From assembly GCA_029556545.1 (NCBI GenBank), contig JAKQEQ010000153.1, positions 43,348 to 107,347 on the forward strand: a stretch of DNA of 64,000 nucleotides. Direction: 5' to 3'. Source of the DNA: Candidatus Hydrogenedentota bacterium (GTDB lineage: Bacteria > Hydrogenedentota > Hydrogenedentia > Hydrogenedentales > JAGMZX01). A program made the translations under genes and the position numbers. Shown in pieces: positions 18,629-27,967 of this stretch. Every line of letters begins with the position of its first letter. The first letter of the stretch is position 1. The notes beneath the pieces are model-generated. The model made no database searches and was not told where the DNA came from. It saw only the letters and a list, made by a program, of their open reading frames with translations.

Positions 18629-19384
18629 ATGACCCAACCTCTAATTCTCGCCACCAATGACGACGGCATCGGTGCGCCCGGCCTCGAGGCGCTGGTCGCG
18701 GCGCTGCGGCCCTTGGGCGAGGTGGTCGTATACGCGCCGGACCGGCAGCAGAGCGCCGTGGGGCACGGCGTGTCGCTGCACGAGCCGCTGCGCGTCGTTA
18801 CCCTGCGCGACGGCTGGCACATGGTGGACGGCACGCCGACGGACTGCGTCATGCTCGCCATCCGGCGGCTGCTCGGGCGGCGTCCGAATCTGGTGGTCTC
18901 GGGAGTGAACCCGGGTGCGAATCTCGGCGATGACGTGACGTACTCGGGCACGGTGGCCGGGGCGTATGAGGGGATGCTGCAACGGGTACCCGCGTTCGCG
19001 GTTTCGAACGTCGCCTATCGTCCGCAGCACATCGATACGGCGGCGACGTTCGCGGGCAAACTCGCGCGGTACGTGCTCGAACACGGCATGCCGGAGGAGA
19101 CGGTGCTCAACGTAAACGTGCCGGACGTGCCTTACGCCCAATTGACCGGCGTCGCCATCACGCGGATGGGCCGGCGGCACTACCAGGACGAGATCATCGA
19201 GCGGCGCGACCCGCGCGGCCAGGTGTATTACTGGATCGGCGGGCCGGAGCCTTCGCATTACCCGGAGGAAGGCACGGATTTCGAGGCTATCGAGAAGACC
19301 ATGGTCAGCGTGACGCCGTTGCACCGGGACCTCACGCACCACGCGGCGCTGCACCATTTCTACGACCCGAGATTGGAACTCTGA
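18629..19384 (+). CDS. surE: 5'/3'-nucleotidase SurE
   Basis: MTQPLILATNDDGIGAPGLEAL… with N-terminal DDG and GVNPGANLG motifs. Internal ATG at 18629 within ORF 18581..19384. Confidence 0.85.
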   Translation: MTQPLILATNDDGIGAPGLEALVAALRPLGEVVVYAPDRQQSAVGHGVSLHEPLRVVTLRDGWHMVDGTPTDCVMLAIRRLLGRRPNLVVSGVNPGANLGDDVTYSGTVAGAYEGMLQRVPAFAVSNVAYRPQHIDTAATFAGKLARYVLEHGMPEETVLNVNVPDVPYAQLTGVAITRMGRRHYQDEIIERRDPRGQVYYWIGGPEPSHYPEEGTDFEAIEKTMVSVTPLHRDLTHHAALHHFYDPRLEL

Positions 19385-19414
19385 CGCGCGCGGCGCACGA
19401 AGGAATCGCGGTGT

Positions 19415-20086
19415 ATGTTCATTGTGATGCGGCGGGCATATGACTGGGTCTTGAGTTGGGCCGAGACGCCTTACGGCGCCATCGCATTGGCCGTGCTGTC
19501 CTTCGCCGAGGCGAGTTTCTTCCCCATTCCGCCGGACGTCTTGCTCATCGCTTTGTGTATCAGCGTTCGTGAGAAGGCGATGTGGTATGCGGGCGTGTGC
19601 GCCGTGGCCTCGTTGTTCGGCGGCATCCTCGGATACCTGATTGGCTGGGGTTTCTGGGGCGCGACGGACCAGTTCTTCTACACCTACGTGTTTTCGGAGG
19701 CGAAATTCGCCGCGGTGCAGGCGTACTATCAACAATACGATTTCTGGATTGTCTTTATCGCGGCGTTCACGCCGATCCCATACAAGATCATCACCATCGC
19801 CGCGGGTGTGTGCGAGATCAACGTCGCCATGTTCCTGATCGCCTCGCTGGTCGGGCGTTCGGCGCGGTTCTTCCTTGTTGCGGGGCTCATTTATTGGCTG
19901 GGATCGCCCATCAAAGCGTTCATCGACCGATGGTTCAACGCCCTGACCGTCGCGTTCGTCATCCTGCTCGTCGCCGGTTTCGGCGCGCTGAGATACTTCG
20001 AGAAGCACGAAGAACCGGACGCGCCGACCGAACTCGATACGCCCGCCGTGCAGATCGAGGCGCCCGAGGCAACGCCGTCCGTCTGA
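19415..20086 (+). CDS. DedA/YqaA (VTT-domain) family membrane protein
   Basis: 223 aa, four to five TM helices, …FFPIPPDVLLIALC… …FTPIPYKIITIAAGV… re-entrant motifs typical of YqaA/DedA. AAGGA 9 nt upstream of the ATG. Confidence 0.7.
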   Translation: MFIVMRRAYDWVLSWAETPYGAIALAVLSFAEASFFPIPPDVLLIALCISVREKAMWYAGVCAVASLFGGILGYLIGWGFWGATDQFFYTYVFSEAKFAAVQAYYQQYDFWIVFIAAFTPIPYKIITIAAGVCEINVAMFLIASLVGRSARFFLVAGLIYWLGSPIKAFIDRWFNALTVAFVILLVAGFGALRYFEKHEEPDAPTELDTPAVQIEAPEATPSV

Positions 20087-20113
20087 GACGGGCGCGCGAC
20101 GCGGCCCGTGCCG

Positions 20114-20542
20114 CTACATCAGCCGCTCGAGCGCCTCGCGCAACGCGGGGGAAATTTCCACGGGTTCGCCGGTCGCGCGGTTGATCCACACCACGATCGA
20201 GCGCGCGTCCGCCACGAGCGTATCCGTCCCATCGAGAAAGAGGCCGTGCTCGAAGTGGAAGGACCGGCGGCTTATCTTGCCGACCCGCGTTCCCACTTCG
20301 ATAGTCGCGGGGTGTTGCACCGGACGGCGGAAATTGCACGTGACCGAGGCGAGCACCGGGCCCTCCGCGGCATGGAGCCAGTCGCCGTCGGGCGCGAGCG
20401 ACCGGAACACTTGAATCCGGCCGATTTCGAGGTACGTGACGTACTTCGCGTTGTTGACGTGATGGTAGGCGTCCATGTCGCTCCAGCGCACGGGCACGGA
20501 CACCCAATCCCGGAATTCCCGGCGGTCCACAGCGGGCTTCAT
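20114..20542 (-). CDS. Acyl-CoA thioesterase (hotdog fold, YbgC/4HBT type)
   Basis: …VRWSDMDAYHHVNNAKYVTYLEIGR… is a classic 4HBT hotdog signature. Start taken at the internal Met (MKPAVD); the ORF extends to 20593. Confidence 0.7.
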   Translation of the reverse strand: MKPAVDRREFRDWVSVPVRWSDMDAYHHVNNAKYVTYLEIGRIQVFRSLAPDGDWLHAAEGPVLASVTCNFRRPVQHPATIEVGTRVGKISRRSFHFEHGLFLDGTDTLVADARSIVVWINRATGEPVEISPALREALERLM

Positions 20543-20622
20543 GAGCGGTTTTGCCCTCCCAAGTCGCTCGCGTATACTGGGCGCGCGGGCCACGGGTTTT
20601 CAAGCAAGAGGCGAGGACACGC

Positions 20623-21111
20623 ATGCAGGAACACCACGAACGACCCTCCTGGGACGACTACTTCATGGAAGTGGCGCATACGATCGCGAAGCGCGCCACC
20701 TGCGATCGGGGACGCAGCGGCTGCGTCATCGCGCGGGACCGGCAACTGCTCGTCACGGGCTACGTCGGCTCGCCGATGGGCTTCGCCCATTGCGACGAAG
20801 TGGGCCATCAACTCAAGCAGGTCGTCCACGAGGACGGCACGACGACCACCCATTGCGTGCGGACCGTGCACGCCGAACAGAACGCGATCTGCCAGGCCGC
20901 GAAACTGGGCGTGAGCATCCGCGGCGCGACCTTGTACTGCCGCATGACGCCCTGCCGCGTGTGCGCCATGCTGATCATCAACTGCGGAATCGCGCGCGTG
21001 GTGTGCGAACGCCGCTACCACGCCGGGGCGGAGTCCGAGGCCATGTTCCAGCAGGCGGGCGTCCAACTCGAATACAAATGCGACGAAGTCCAGCAATACG
21101 ATAACCAGTAG
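20623..21111 (+). CDS. dCMP / cytidine-deoxycytidylate deaminase (ComEB-like)
   Basis: Zinc-binding motifs H(A)E (…CVRTVHAEQNAI…) and PCxxC (…TPCRVCAMLI…). ATG at 20623 within ORF 20551..21111. Confidence 0.8.
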   Translation: MQEHHERPSWDDYFMEVAHTIAKRATCDRGRSGCVIARDRQLLVTGYVGSPMGFAHCDEVGHQLKQVVHEDGTTTTHCVRTVHAEQNAICQAAKLGVSIRGATLYCRMTPCRVCAMLIINCGIARVVCERRYHAGAESEAMFQQAGVQLEYKCDEVQQYDNQ

Positions 21112-21182
21112 CGGGCCATTCGTGTTCGATCCGGAAGCATTTCAGGTCCTCACCGCACACGCCGTGGCAAGCGCGCAAGTGT

Positions 21183-21680
21183 TTCTGGATTCCCGCTTGC
21201 GCGGGAATGACGGAGGAGGCGAACGCGGCCTGCCACATCGTCATTCCCGCGAAAGAGTCTGTCGATTTAGGTCGCCTTGGCGCAAGCGGAGACCGACGGC
21301 GGCTATTCCATCAGTGACCTTGGGTGAACGCAATCCATTTAGCCCGCCTTGGCGGGCTCTTCTTTGCACCCGCATTTATGCGGGGTGAAACGGGGACCTC
21401 ATATACAGACAAGCGCGCTTCAGCGCGGCTTTTTCAACGGCTTCCGCATTGTCTCCACGCTGAAGCGGCTCGGCAAGCGGCGCTGAAGCGCCCTCTTCGC
21501 GAAAGTAACAGCCTATTACACCCCGCGTGAACGCGGGTGCAAAGAGGAGCCGCGCTAAAGCGCGCTGACAAGTCCAGCACGCTCTTTGGAAAGAAACATG
21601 GTGGGTCATGGGCACTTATTCTCGCGTTTTTCAGCCCGTCTCCGATTAAATCGACAGACCCGAAAGCGGGAATCCAGAAG
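21183..21680. repeat. Non-coding island with nested inverted repeats (possible mobile-element remnant or structured RNA)
   Basis: Read directly. Outer arms TTCTGGATTCCCGC (21185-21198) and ATTCCCGCGAAAGAGTCTGTCGATTTA (21243-21269) are mirrored by TAAATCGACAGACCCGAAAGCGGGAATCCAGAA (21647-21680). Inner pair GCTCTTCTTTGCACCCGCATTTATGCGGGGTG (21355-21386) matches the inverse GCACCCCGCGTGAACGCGGGTGCAAAGAGGAGC (21519-21550). Several CTTCAGCG/CGCTGAAG mini-palindromes lie between. No convincing ORF. Confidence 0.5.
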
Positions 21681-21776
21681 ACATGAAATATGCGCCTTAA
21701 CCGAACCCGCATGTTGGAACCTCCCTCGCGGGGCCGCTACAATTCAGGAACGACCGACGCATAGGAAACCCCCGCG

Positions 21777-24758
21777 TTGAACCCGGAAGAAAACGGCGCG
21801 CGCCTCACCGCGGCGCAATGGACCTTGCTGGCGTGCATCGTGCTTGTCGGCGCCGCGCTGCGTCTCTATGACCTCGGCGGGCAGAGCCTCTGGTACGACG
21901 AAGGGGCGACCCTCCACCACACGCGTTACGTCGATTGCCGCGGCTCGCTATTCGACATCACGAAGACGACCGAGCCGCCGATGATCACCGTGCTCGCCTT
22001 CCTCTGGCTGCGCCTCCTCGACGCCGTAGCGGACACGCCGATGATTTCCGCTACGAACGACCTTCTGATTCGCCTGTTGCCGTGCCTCTTCGGCGTCTTG
22101 TGCATCCCGCTCGTGTTCGCGGCGGCGCGCGCGTTGCTTCGACGCGCGGACGCCGCTCTCATCGCGGCGTTTCTCTATGCCATCGCCCCGTTCCACATTT
22201 ACTATGCCCAGGAACTGCGCGTATACACGGTCTACACCGCCCTGTCGCTGTGCGCGGTCTACTGTCTCGTAAAGGTCCTTGGAGAAGACCCTCACCCTGA
22301 CCCTCTCCCCGAGGGAGAGGGATCAGGAAAGCGGTACTGGGTCGGCCTGGTTCTCACGGAAGCCCTTCTCCTCTATACCCATTTCATCGCCGTCTGGACC
22401 TTGTTCCTCTTCAACGTCTATTTCGTGTGCACGTTGCCGTGGCAGCGCCGCCGGTTCTGGAAATGGACGGCGTCGCAAGCGGCGGCGGGGCTGTTGGCGC
22501 TGCCCGCGCTGTGGCACCTGTTCAACGCGCTCGATCGCGTGCGCCGCATCGAGATCGCCTGGTACCCCGCGCCGACCTGGAAGACGGGCCTCATCACGTT
22601 CAAGGCGTTCTTCGCGGGCTACAGCTTCAACATATGGGCGTATTGGGCGCTCTTCGCGCTGGCCGCCTTGTTCTTCGCAATCGGTCTCACGCTGCTCGCG
22701 GCGCGACGAGGCCGGGCCGCCCTGCTTACGGCGTTGCTGGCGATCGTACCCATTGCCGCCAACATCCTCATCTGGAAAGACCGGCACTTCTCGTTCTACG
22801 AGCATCGTCCGTTCATCTTTTCCGGCGCCGTCGCCCTGTTCGCGATCGCCTACGCACTGGCGGCGCTGCGTCCCCGCGCCCTGCGCATCGGCGCGCTGGT
22901 CCTGTTTGCCGTGCTCACCGCGCCGCACCTGCGCGAACTCTACGCCCACCGGGTGCATCCCATCGAGACGCACCGACTCGCCGTGTACGACAAGAGCGAT
23001 TTCCGCTCCGCGGCCGCGTACCTGCGCGACCATTTCGAGGAAGGCGATCTGATTTGCCACGCGAACCATTTCACGATGTACTCGATGCGCCACTACCTCG
23101 ACCTCCCGCAAACCCGCGTCGGCGCGCACGATTGGGACTGGGACGTGATGGCCAACAGCCACGGCAACCCGGCGCTCGCCGAGGCGCATGACCTCATGCC
23201 TGTGCGCGTCGAGGAGGCGACCCGCGACGCCCGCCGCGTCTGGTTCATCGAGTCGCACGGCCTGACTTTCGAGTACAAGCCGCACACCGAGCCGGTCCGC
23301 GCATGGTTCGAAACCAACTTCCGCCGCGTGGACCATCAGGAATTCTTCGGCCTCACCGCCACGTGTTACGCGCGCTATGACGGCCCGCCGCCACGCATGC
23401 CCAATGTCGTCTTCCTGCTGCTCGACACCGTGCGGGCGGATCGCCTCGGCGCGACGCGCAACGGCCTGCCCGTGACGCCGCACCTCGACGCCTTCGCCGA
23501 TGAGGCCGTGGTGTTCGCGAACACGGTGACGCCCTGCAGTTGGACGAAGCCCGCCATGGCCTCGATTTTCACGGCCCGCTACGTGGACGCCCATGGCGTT
23601 TTCTACAGCGCGCGCATCGAGGACCCGGACCACCCGGTCAGCGACGTGTTGCCGGACGAATTCGAGACGATGGCCGAGTTCCTCGCGCGCCACGGCTACG
23701 ACACCTTCGCCGTGCAAACCAACGCGAACCTGACCCGCGCCGCGGGTTTCGCCCAAGGCTTCGACGAGGGGCGCTACCTCTTCCAGAACGGCTGGCGCGC
23801 GGACTGGGTGACGGGCCAGGCGCTTCACACGCTCGATGTGTTGCGCGAGCCCTTCTTCGCCTACTGCCACTACATGGACCCCCACGCGCCTTACGACCCG
23901 CCCGAGACGCACCGCGACGTCTTCGGACCCGAGCCGGACCTCACCGAACAGGACCGCGCCCTTCTCGACAACGACACGTTCATGGCCTATTGCCTCGACC
24001 GCGTAAAGGTTGCGCTCGGCCTCGAAGACGGGCACGCGATGCCCGAGTTCTCGCCACAAGGCAAGGAGTACGTACGCCAACGCTACGACAGCGAAATCCG
24101 CTACATGGACGACGAACTCGGCCCGCTTCTCGATCGCGTCCGCGCGAAATACCCGCACAGCGTCATCATCATTGCATCGGACCACGGCGAGGAATTCTGG
24201 GAACGCGGCGGCATGGGCCACGGCGCGACGCTTCACCGAGAGCAACTGCGCGTCCCGCTGCTCATCCGCGCCCCGGGACTCCCCCGCGGCCGCGTCGAGA
24301 CGCCCGCCGAACTGCTCGACATCCTGCCGACCGTCGCCCGGCTTATCGGCGCCGACGCCGACCCCGCGTGGCAGGGCAAAGACCTCTTCCGCGCCGACGC
24401 CGTCCATGAACCGCGTTTCTCGCGCACCTACGGGCCCTGGCCGGAACTCCGTGTTGACGCCGAGGCCGTCCTCGACGGCGGCGCGAAGCTGATCCGCGAC
24501 AATACGCACGAACAGACGCGGCTCTACGACCTCGAAACCGACCCTGGCGAACATAACGACCTCGCCCCCGATCAACCGGAACGCGCGCAGGCGCTTACAT
24601 CGACGCTCGACGATCACCGCCGCAAAAACGAGAAACGCCGCGGCGCGGTCGCCCAGCAAGAGACGCGCCTCGACGACGAAACCCGCGCCATGCTCGACGC
24701 CATGGGATACGTGGATTCCACAAGCCATCCCGCCCAAACGGATACGAACAATCGGTAA
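21777..24758 (+). CDS. Fusion protein: N-terminal GT-C glycosyltransferase (GT39/ArnT/PMT-like) plus C-terminal sulfatase-family (alkaline phosphatase superfamily) domain
   Basis: 993 aa. The N-terminal ~500 aa have ~11 TM helices with a DE motif in the first extracytoplasmic loop (…SLWYDEGATLHH…), typical of ArnT/PMT. The C-terminal ~480 aa carry metal and substrate motifs (…VVFLLLDTVRADRLG…, …HYMDPHAPYDPPE…, …IIIASDHGEEFWERGG…). The canonical C/S-x-P-x-R formylglycine motif is absent (TPCSWTKP), so this is probably not a true sulfatase. TTG start with AGGAAA 9 nt upstream. Confidence 0.65.
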   Translation: MNPEENGARLTAAQWTLLACIVLVGAALRLYDLGGQSLWYDEGATLHHTRYVDCRGSLFDITKTTEPPMITVLAFLWLRLLDAVADTPMISATNDLLIRLLPCLFGVLCIPLVFAAARALLRRADAALIAAFLYAIAPFHIYYAQELRVYTVYTALSLCAVYCLVKVLGEDPHPDPLPEGEGSGKRYWVGLVLTEALLLYTHFIAVWTLFLFNVYFVCTLPWQRRRFWKWTASQAAAGLLALPALWHLFNALDRVRRIEIAWYPAPTWKTGLITFKAFFAGYSFNIWAYWALFALAALFFAIGLTLLAARRGRAALLTALLAIVPIAANILIWKDRHFSFYEHRPFIFSGAVALFAIAYALAALRPRALRIGALVLFAVLTAPHLRELYAHRVHPIETHRLAVYDKSDFRSAAAYLRDHFEEGDLICHANHFTMYSMRHYLDLPQTRVGAHDWDWDVMANSHGNPALAEAHDLMPVRVEEATRDARRVWFIESHGLTFEYKPHTEPVRAWFETNFRRVDHQEFFGLTATCYARYDGPPPRMPNVVFLLLDTVRADRLGATRNGLPVTPHLDAFADEAVVFANTVTPCSWTKPAMASIFTARYVDAHGVFYSARIEDPDHPVSDVLPDEFETMAEFLARHGYDTFAVQTNANLTRAAGFAQGFDEGRYLFQNGWRADWVTGQALHTLDVLREPFFAYCHYMDPHAPYDPPETHRDVFGPEPDLTEQDRALLDNDTFMAYCLDRVKVALGLEDGHAMPEFSPQGKEYVRQRYDSEIRYMDDELGPLLDRVRAKYPHSVIIIASDHGEEFWERGGMGHGATLHREQLRVPLLIRAPGLPRGRVETPAELLDILPTVARLIGADADPAWQGKDLFRADAVHEPRFSRTYGPWPELRVDAEAVLDGGAKLIRDNTHEQTRLYDLETDPGEHNDLAPDQPERAQALTSTLDDHRRKNEKRRGAVAQQETRLDDETRAMLDAMGYVDSTSHPAQTDTNNR

Positions 24759-24883
24759 GGCTGAATAGGGCATAATAGTCGCCGGAAAGCGGGATTCCGC
24801 GGCACGGTTTGACGCTCTGCTGTTCTTGCGCAATCAAGATGCGCGGGTTGGCCACCCCACAAGGGGAAGGAAATGACCGAACG

Positions 24884-26254
24884 ATGATCGACACACTGAG
24901 ATGCATGCGGACTTTATCGATTCTGCTCCGAAGCGGCCTTCTGCTGAACCTGGCGTCGCTGCCGGCGTGTGCGAACGCGACGGCCATGCCGGGGCTCGCC
25001 GAATTCGGGATTACGTACTGGTGGGGACCGCCGCCGTCTGAAACGAATCCGGCGCGGTACGACGAGATCAAGTCGGCGGGGTTCAACCTGGTGAGCTTGC
25101 CTTCGCCGGATGTACGAGACGAGTTTCACCCATACTTCGACAAAGCGCTCAACACCCGAATCCTCGACTTGTGCGCGGCGCGCGGCATGAAGGCGCTGGT
25201 GGCGGATCAGCGCATGGCCGAGGCGCTGGGCGCGGATGGGCACGCGGTGGACGAGATTCTGGACGGGATTGTCGCCGACTACAAGGACCACCCCGCTCTA
25301 TATGGATATTACGTGGTGGATGAACCCACGACGGAACGGTACCCGCGGTTGGCCCGGATCGTAGCGCGTCTCCGCGAGAAGGACCCGGCCCACGTGGCCT
25401 ACGTTAACTTGTTTCCCATTTACGCTCCCGCCGAGTTTCTCAAGGCAAAGGATTACCAGGAATACGTGGAGCGCTTCGTGACCGAGGTGAAGCCGGCCTT
25501 CATCAGCTACGACAATTATCATTTCGTGTTGCCAAATGTGCTGGTGAAACGGCCGGAATCGTTCGCGAGCGACCAGGAACAAGCAGTCTGGGAAACAGCC
25601 CACGCCGCCGCGCAGGGGGATGACCGCCCGGGTTTTTTCGACAATCTGGAGATTGTGCGCGCGGTGGCCATGAAACACGACTTGCCGTTCATGGTTATTG
25701 TGCTGCTCACCACGCACGGGCTCTACCGCGACCTGACCGAACCGGAATTGCGGTGGGAAGCGTTCCAAACGCTGGCGTATGGCTCATCATGCCTGTCCTG
25801 GTTCACCTACTGGGCGCCGCCGGATGACGACGCCTGGCATTTCCGCAACGCGGTCTTCAACTGGGACGGGCAAATGACGGACCACTATGGGGAGGTAACA
25901 CGGGTCAACGCGGATGTCCGCGTGCTGGGCAACAAGCTCATGGGTAAGGGGAGCGAGGCGGTCTATTGCGTAGGATCGGAACGCAATCAATTGGTGCGGC
26001 GCTTCGTCCCCCATGGGCCCGTGCGGGCTATCGAGGGACCGCGCTTGACCGCCGGGTTCTTCGAGGGCGGCTATCTCTTGCTGGCCCACAAGAACTATCG
26101 CGAAGCGGGAGAGGTTACACTGTACCTGACCGACGGAGCAAAGGCGTGGCTTATTGACAAACCCACCGGTACCGAGCGGCCATTGACCGTGCATGATGGC
26201 AAGGTAACGTTGACACTGGCGCCGGGCGACGGCGACCTGCTGCGGCTCGAATGA
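24884..26254 (+). CDS. Secreted TIM-barrel-like protein, possible glycoside hydrolase
   Basis: Signal peptide MIDTLRCMRTLSILLRSGLLLNLASLPACANA. …YYVVDEPT… and …ISYDNYHF… strands resemble GH clan-A catalytic strands. No firm family assignment. Confidence 0.45.
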   Translation: MIDTLRCMRTLSILLRSGLLLNLASLPACANATAMPGLAEFGITYWWGPPPSETNPARYDEIKSAGFNLVSLPSPDVRDEFHPYFDKALNTRILDLCAARGMKALVADQRMAEALGADGHAVDEILDGIVADYKDHPALYGYYVVDEPTTERYPRLARIVARLREKDPAHVAYVNLFPIYAPAEFLKAKDYQEYVERFVTEVKPAFISYDNYHFVLPNVLVKRPESFASDQEQAVWETAHAAAQGDDRPGFFDNLEIVRAVAMKHDLPFMVIVLLTTHGLYRDLTEPELRWEAFQTLAYGSSCLSWFTYWAPPDDDAWHFRNAVFNWDGQMTDHYGEVTRVNADVRVLGNKLMGKGSEAVYCVGSERNQLVRRFVPHGPVRAIEGPRLTAGFFEGGYLLLAHKNYREAGEVTLYLTDGAKAWLIDKPTGTERPLTVHDGKVTLTLAPGDGDLLRLE

Positions 26255-26317
26255 ACGCACCGCTTTCGTAATCGTGGTTTGATACGGGCAGGGCGTGGAT
26301 GGGCTGCGCGGCGCGTG

Positions 26318-27967
26318 TTACGGCTTCGCGTCCGGTTCCACATGATACACGGCCACGCCGCCGCGGCGAAAGACCTCGACAAGCCAGGGGTGGTCCGCGG
26401 GTTCCGCGCCGTTGTGGACCCACTCGTAGGGACCGAAGACGACGTAGCGCACGTTGAACCGGCGCGCGAGCCAGCGTTTGTACTCGTCTTCGCCGCGCGC
26501 GGCGTAAAAACGGTGGACGAGACCGTTCTTCTCTCCGTAATTCGCGGTGAGCATGTCATGACCGGTCACGACCTTGTTGCGGCTGAGGCGCGGGATGAAT
26601 TGCGAGGTGTCGTGACTCGCGAGGGCGACTTCATTCGGGCGCGTGTGGGCGTCAAGCCATTCGAGCGCGGCGTGTACGTCTTTGTCGAGGTAATACCGCC
26701 ACGGCGGGACCGGCCCGTGGAGGTCCTTGAAATCGCGGGCGTACACGTAGCCGGACGACGGCCCGCAGGCCAGCACCAGCACGAGGGCGGCCCAGGCGCG
26801 CCACGGCGGGGCGGTCAGGCGATCGACGACGCGAGGCGCGAGGCGGCGGGTCCATTCCAGCAGCGCGGGGCCCGGCCCAAGCAGCAGCAATATCGGCGGC
26901 GCGATGGTCAAGGCCCAGAAGCAGAGTTCCTGCCCGGCGATGAAGTATGGATACGTGTGTATGAGCAGCATGACGACGCCGATCCACAGGCCGAGCAGGA
27001 GCGTCGCGGGCCGCGCGCCGCGCAGCTTCGTAAACCCGGTCAGCAGGAAGTAGCCGACGACGATCACGAAGGGGATGCCTAGCCAGAGCGCCTGTTCGAG
27101 GAAGAACAGGCTTTGCCGCCGCCAGCCGGCCATGCCGAGCACGTTGGCATACGCGGTGAGCGCCAGGTACGCCGCCGTCGGCAGGAAGACGAGGCCCGCG
27201 ACGGCGTACGGCGCGAAGCGCCGCCATTGCCACCGGCCCTCGGCCACGTTCAGCAGCGCGGGGAACAGCGCGTACAGCAAGTAGACCTCCGGCACGAGGT
27301 AGGGCCGGATAATCCCGTGGCCCGTGGCGGCGAGGCCGCTGTAGACGAAGTAGCGGAGTTTGCCCGTGGCCTCGCCGCGCAGCAGGAACGCGACCGTCAA
27401 CGCGGCGAAGATGCCCGCGCGGACAAAGTGGGGGTTGTTGACGAGGTAGCCGAAGACGGACACCCCGAGCAGGTCGTGCGGATAGGGCAGGTCCATGCCG
27501 GCGGCTTTGCGGGCGATCCACACGGTCCAGCCGAGGCCCGAGCCGAACACGATCAGCGCCAGCGCCAGCCGCCGCAGGAACACGCTGTCGAGGCACGCCG
27601 CCAACAGGTAATACACCGCGCACGTGAACAGGACCATCGACGCGACGCGCCAGATGTGGAACATGGCAATCATCGAGAGGCCGGTCCACCGCACAAGCCG
27701 CCCGAACAGGAGCCATTGCAGGCTGAAATACGCCTGCGGCGTCGGCTCGGGCGTCATGCGGTTGACCATGAAGACCTCGCCCTCGGCGGCCTGCCGCGCG
27801 AGCATGAAGTAGCCGTTCGCGCCCGGCGTCCCGCGCCCGACAAAGCCCATGAACACTTCATCCGGTCCCGCGCTCAGGTAGCCGTAAACATACGGCAGGC
27901 TCCCGATGATGACCACGACCGCTCCCAGGACAAGCGGGAAGACGTATTCGCGGCGCGCGCACTGCAT
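26318..27967 (-). CDS. Polytopic membrane protein, probable GT-C-fold glycosyltransferase
   Basis: 549 aa, at least 11 TM helices. DE motif in the first loop (…LSAGPDEVFMGF…) and a C-terminal soluble ~150 aa. Overlaps the downstream sulfatase-like gene by 1 nt. Confidence 0.45.
   Translation of the reverse strand: MQCARREYVFPLVLGAVVVIIGSLPYVYGYLSAGPDEVFMGFVGRGTPGANGYFMLARQAAEGEVFMVNRMTPEPTPQAYFSLQWLLFGRLVRWTGLSMIAMFHIWRVASMVLFTCAVYYLLAACLDSVFLRRLALALIVFGSGLGWTVWIARKAAGMDLPYPHDLLGVSVFGYLVNNPHFVRAGIFAALTVAFLLRGEATGKLRYFVYSGLAATGHGIIRPYLVPEVYLLYALFPALLNVAEGRWQWRRFAPYAVAGLVFLPTAAYLALTAYANVLGMAGWRRQSLFFLEQALWLGIPFVIVVGYFLLTGFTKLRGARPATLLLGLWIGVVMLLIHTYPYFIAGQELCFWALTIAPPILLLLGPGPALLEWTRRLAPRVVDRLTAPPWRAWAALVLVLACGPSSGYVYARDFKDLHGPVPPWRYYLDKDVHAALEWLDAHTRPNEVALASHDTSQFIPRLSRNKVVTGHDMLTANYGEKNGLVHRFYAARGEDEYKRWLARRFNVRYVVFGPYEWVHNGAEPADHPWLVEVFRRGGVAVYHVEPDAKP

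Noticed and set aside
21183-21212. TTCTGGATTCCCGC resembles the 5' end of tmRNA (GGGGCUGAUUCUGGAUUCGACGGG).
   Set aside because: No tRNA-like 3' end (no GGTTCGAATCC-type T-arm or CCA context) and no tag-reading-frame region. The similarity is limited to about 10 nt.
22301-22321. Perfect 9-bp-stem palindrome CCCTCTCCCCGAGGGAGAGGG inside the GT-C fusion gene.
   Set aside because: It lies in frame within the coding sequence (…HPDPLPEGEGSG… inter-helix loop). No evidence that it functions as a site; probably coincidental, or an mRNA structure at most.
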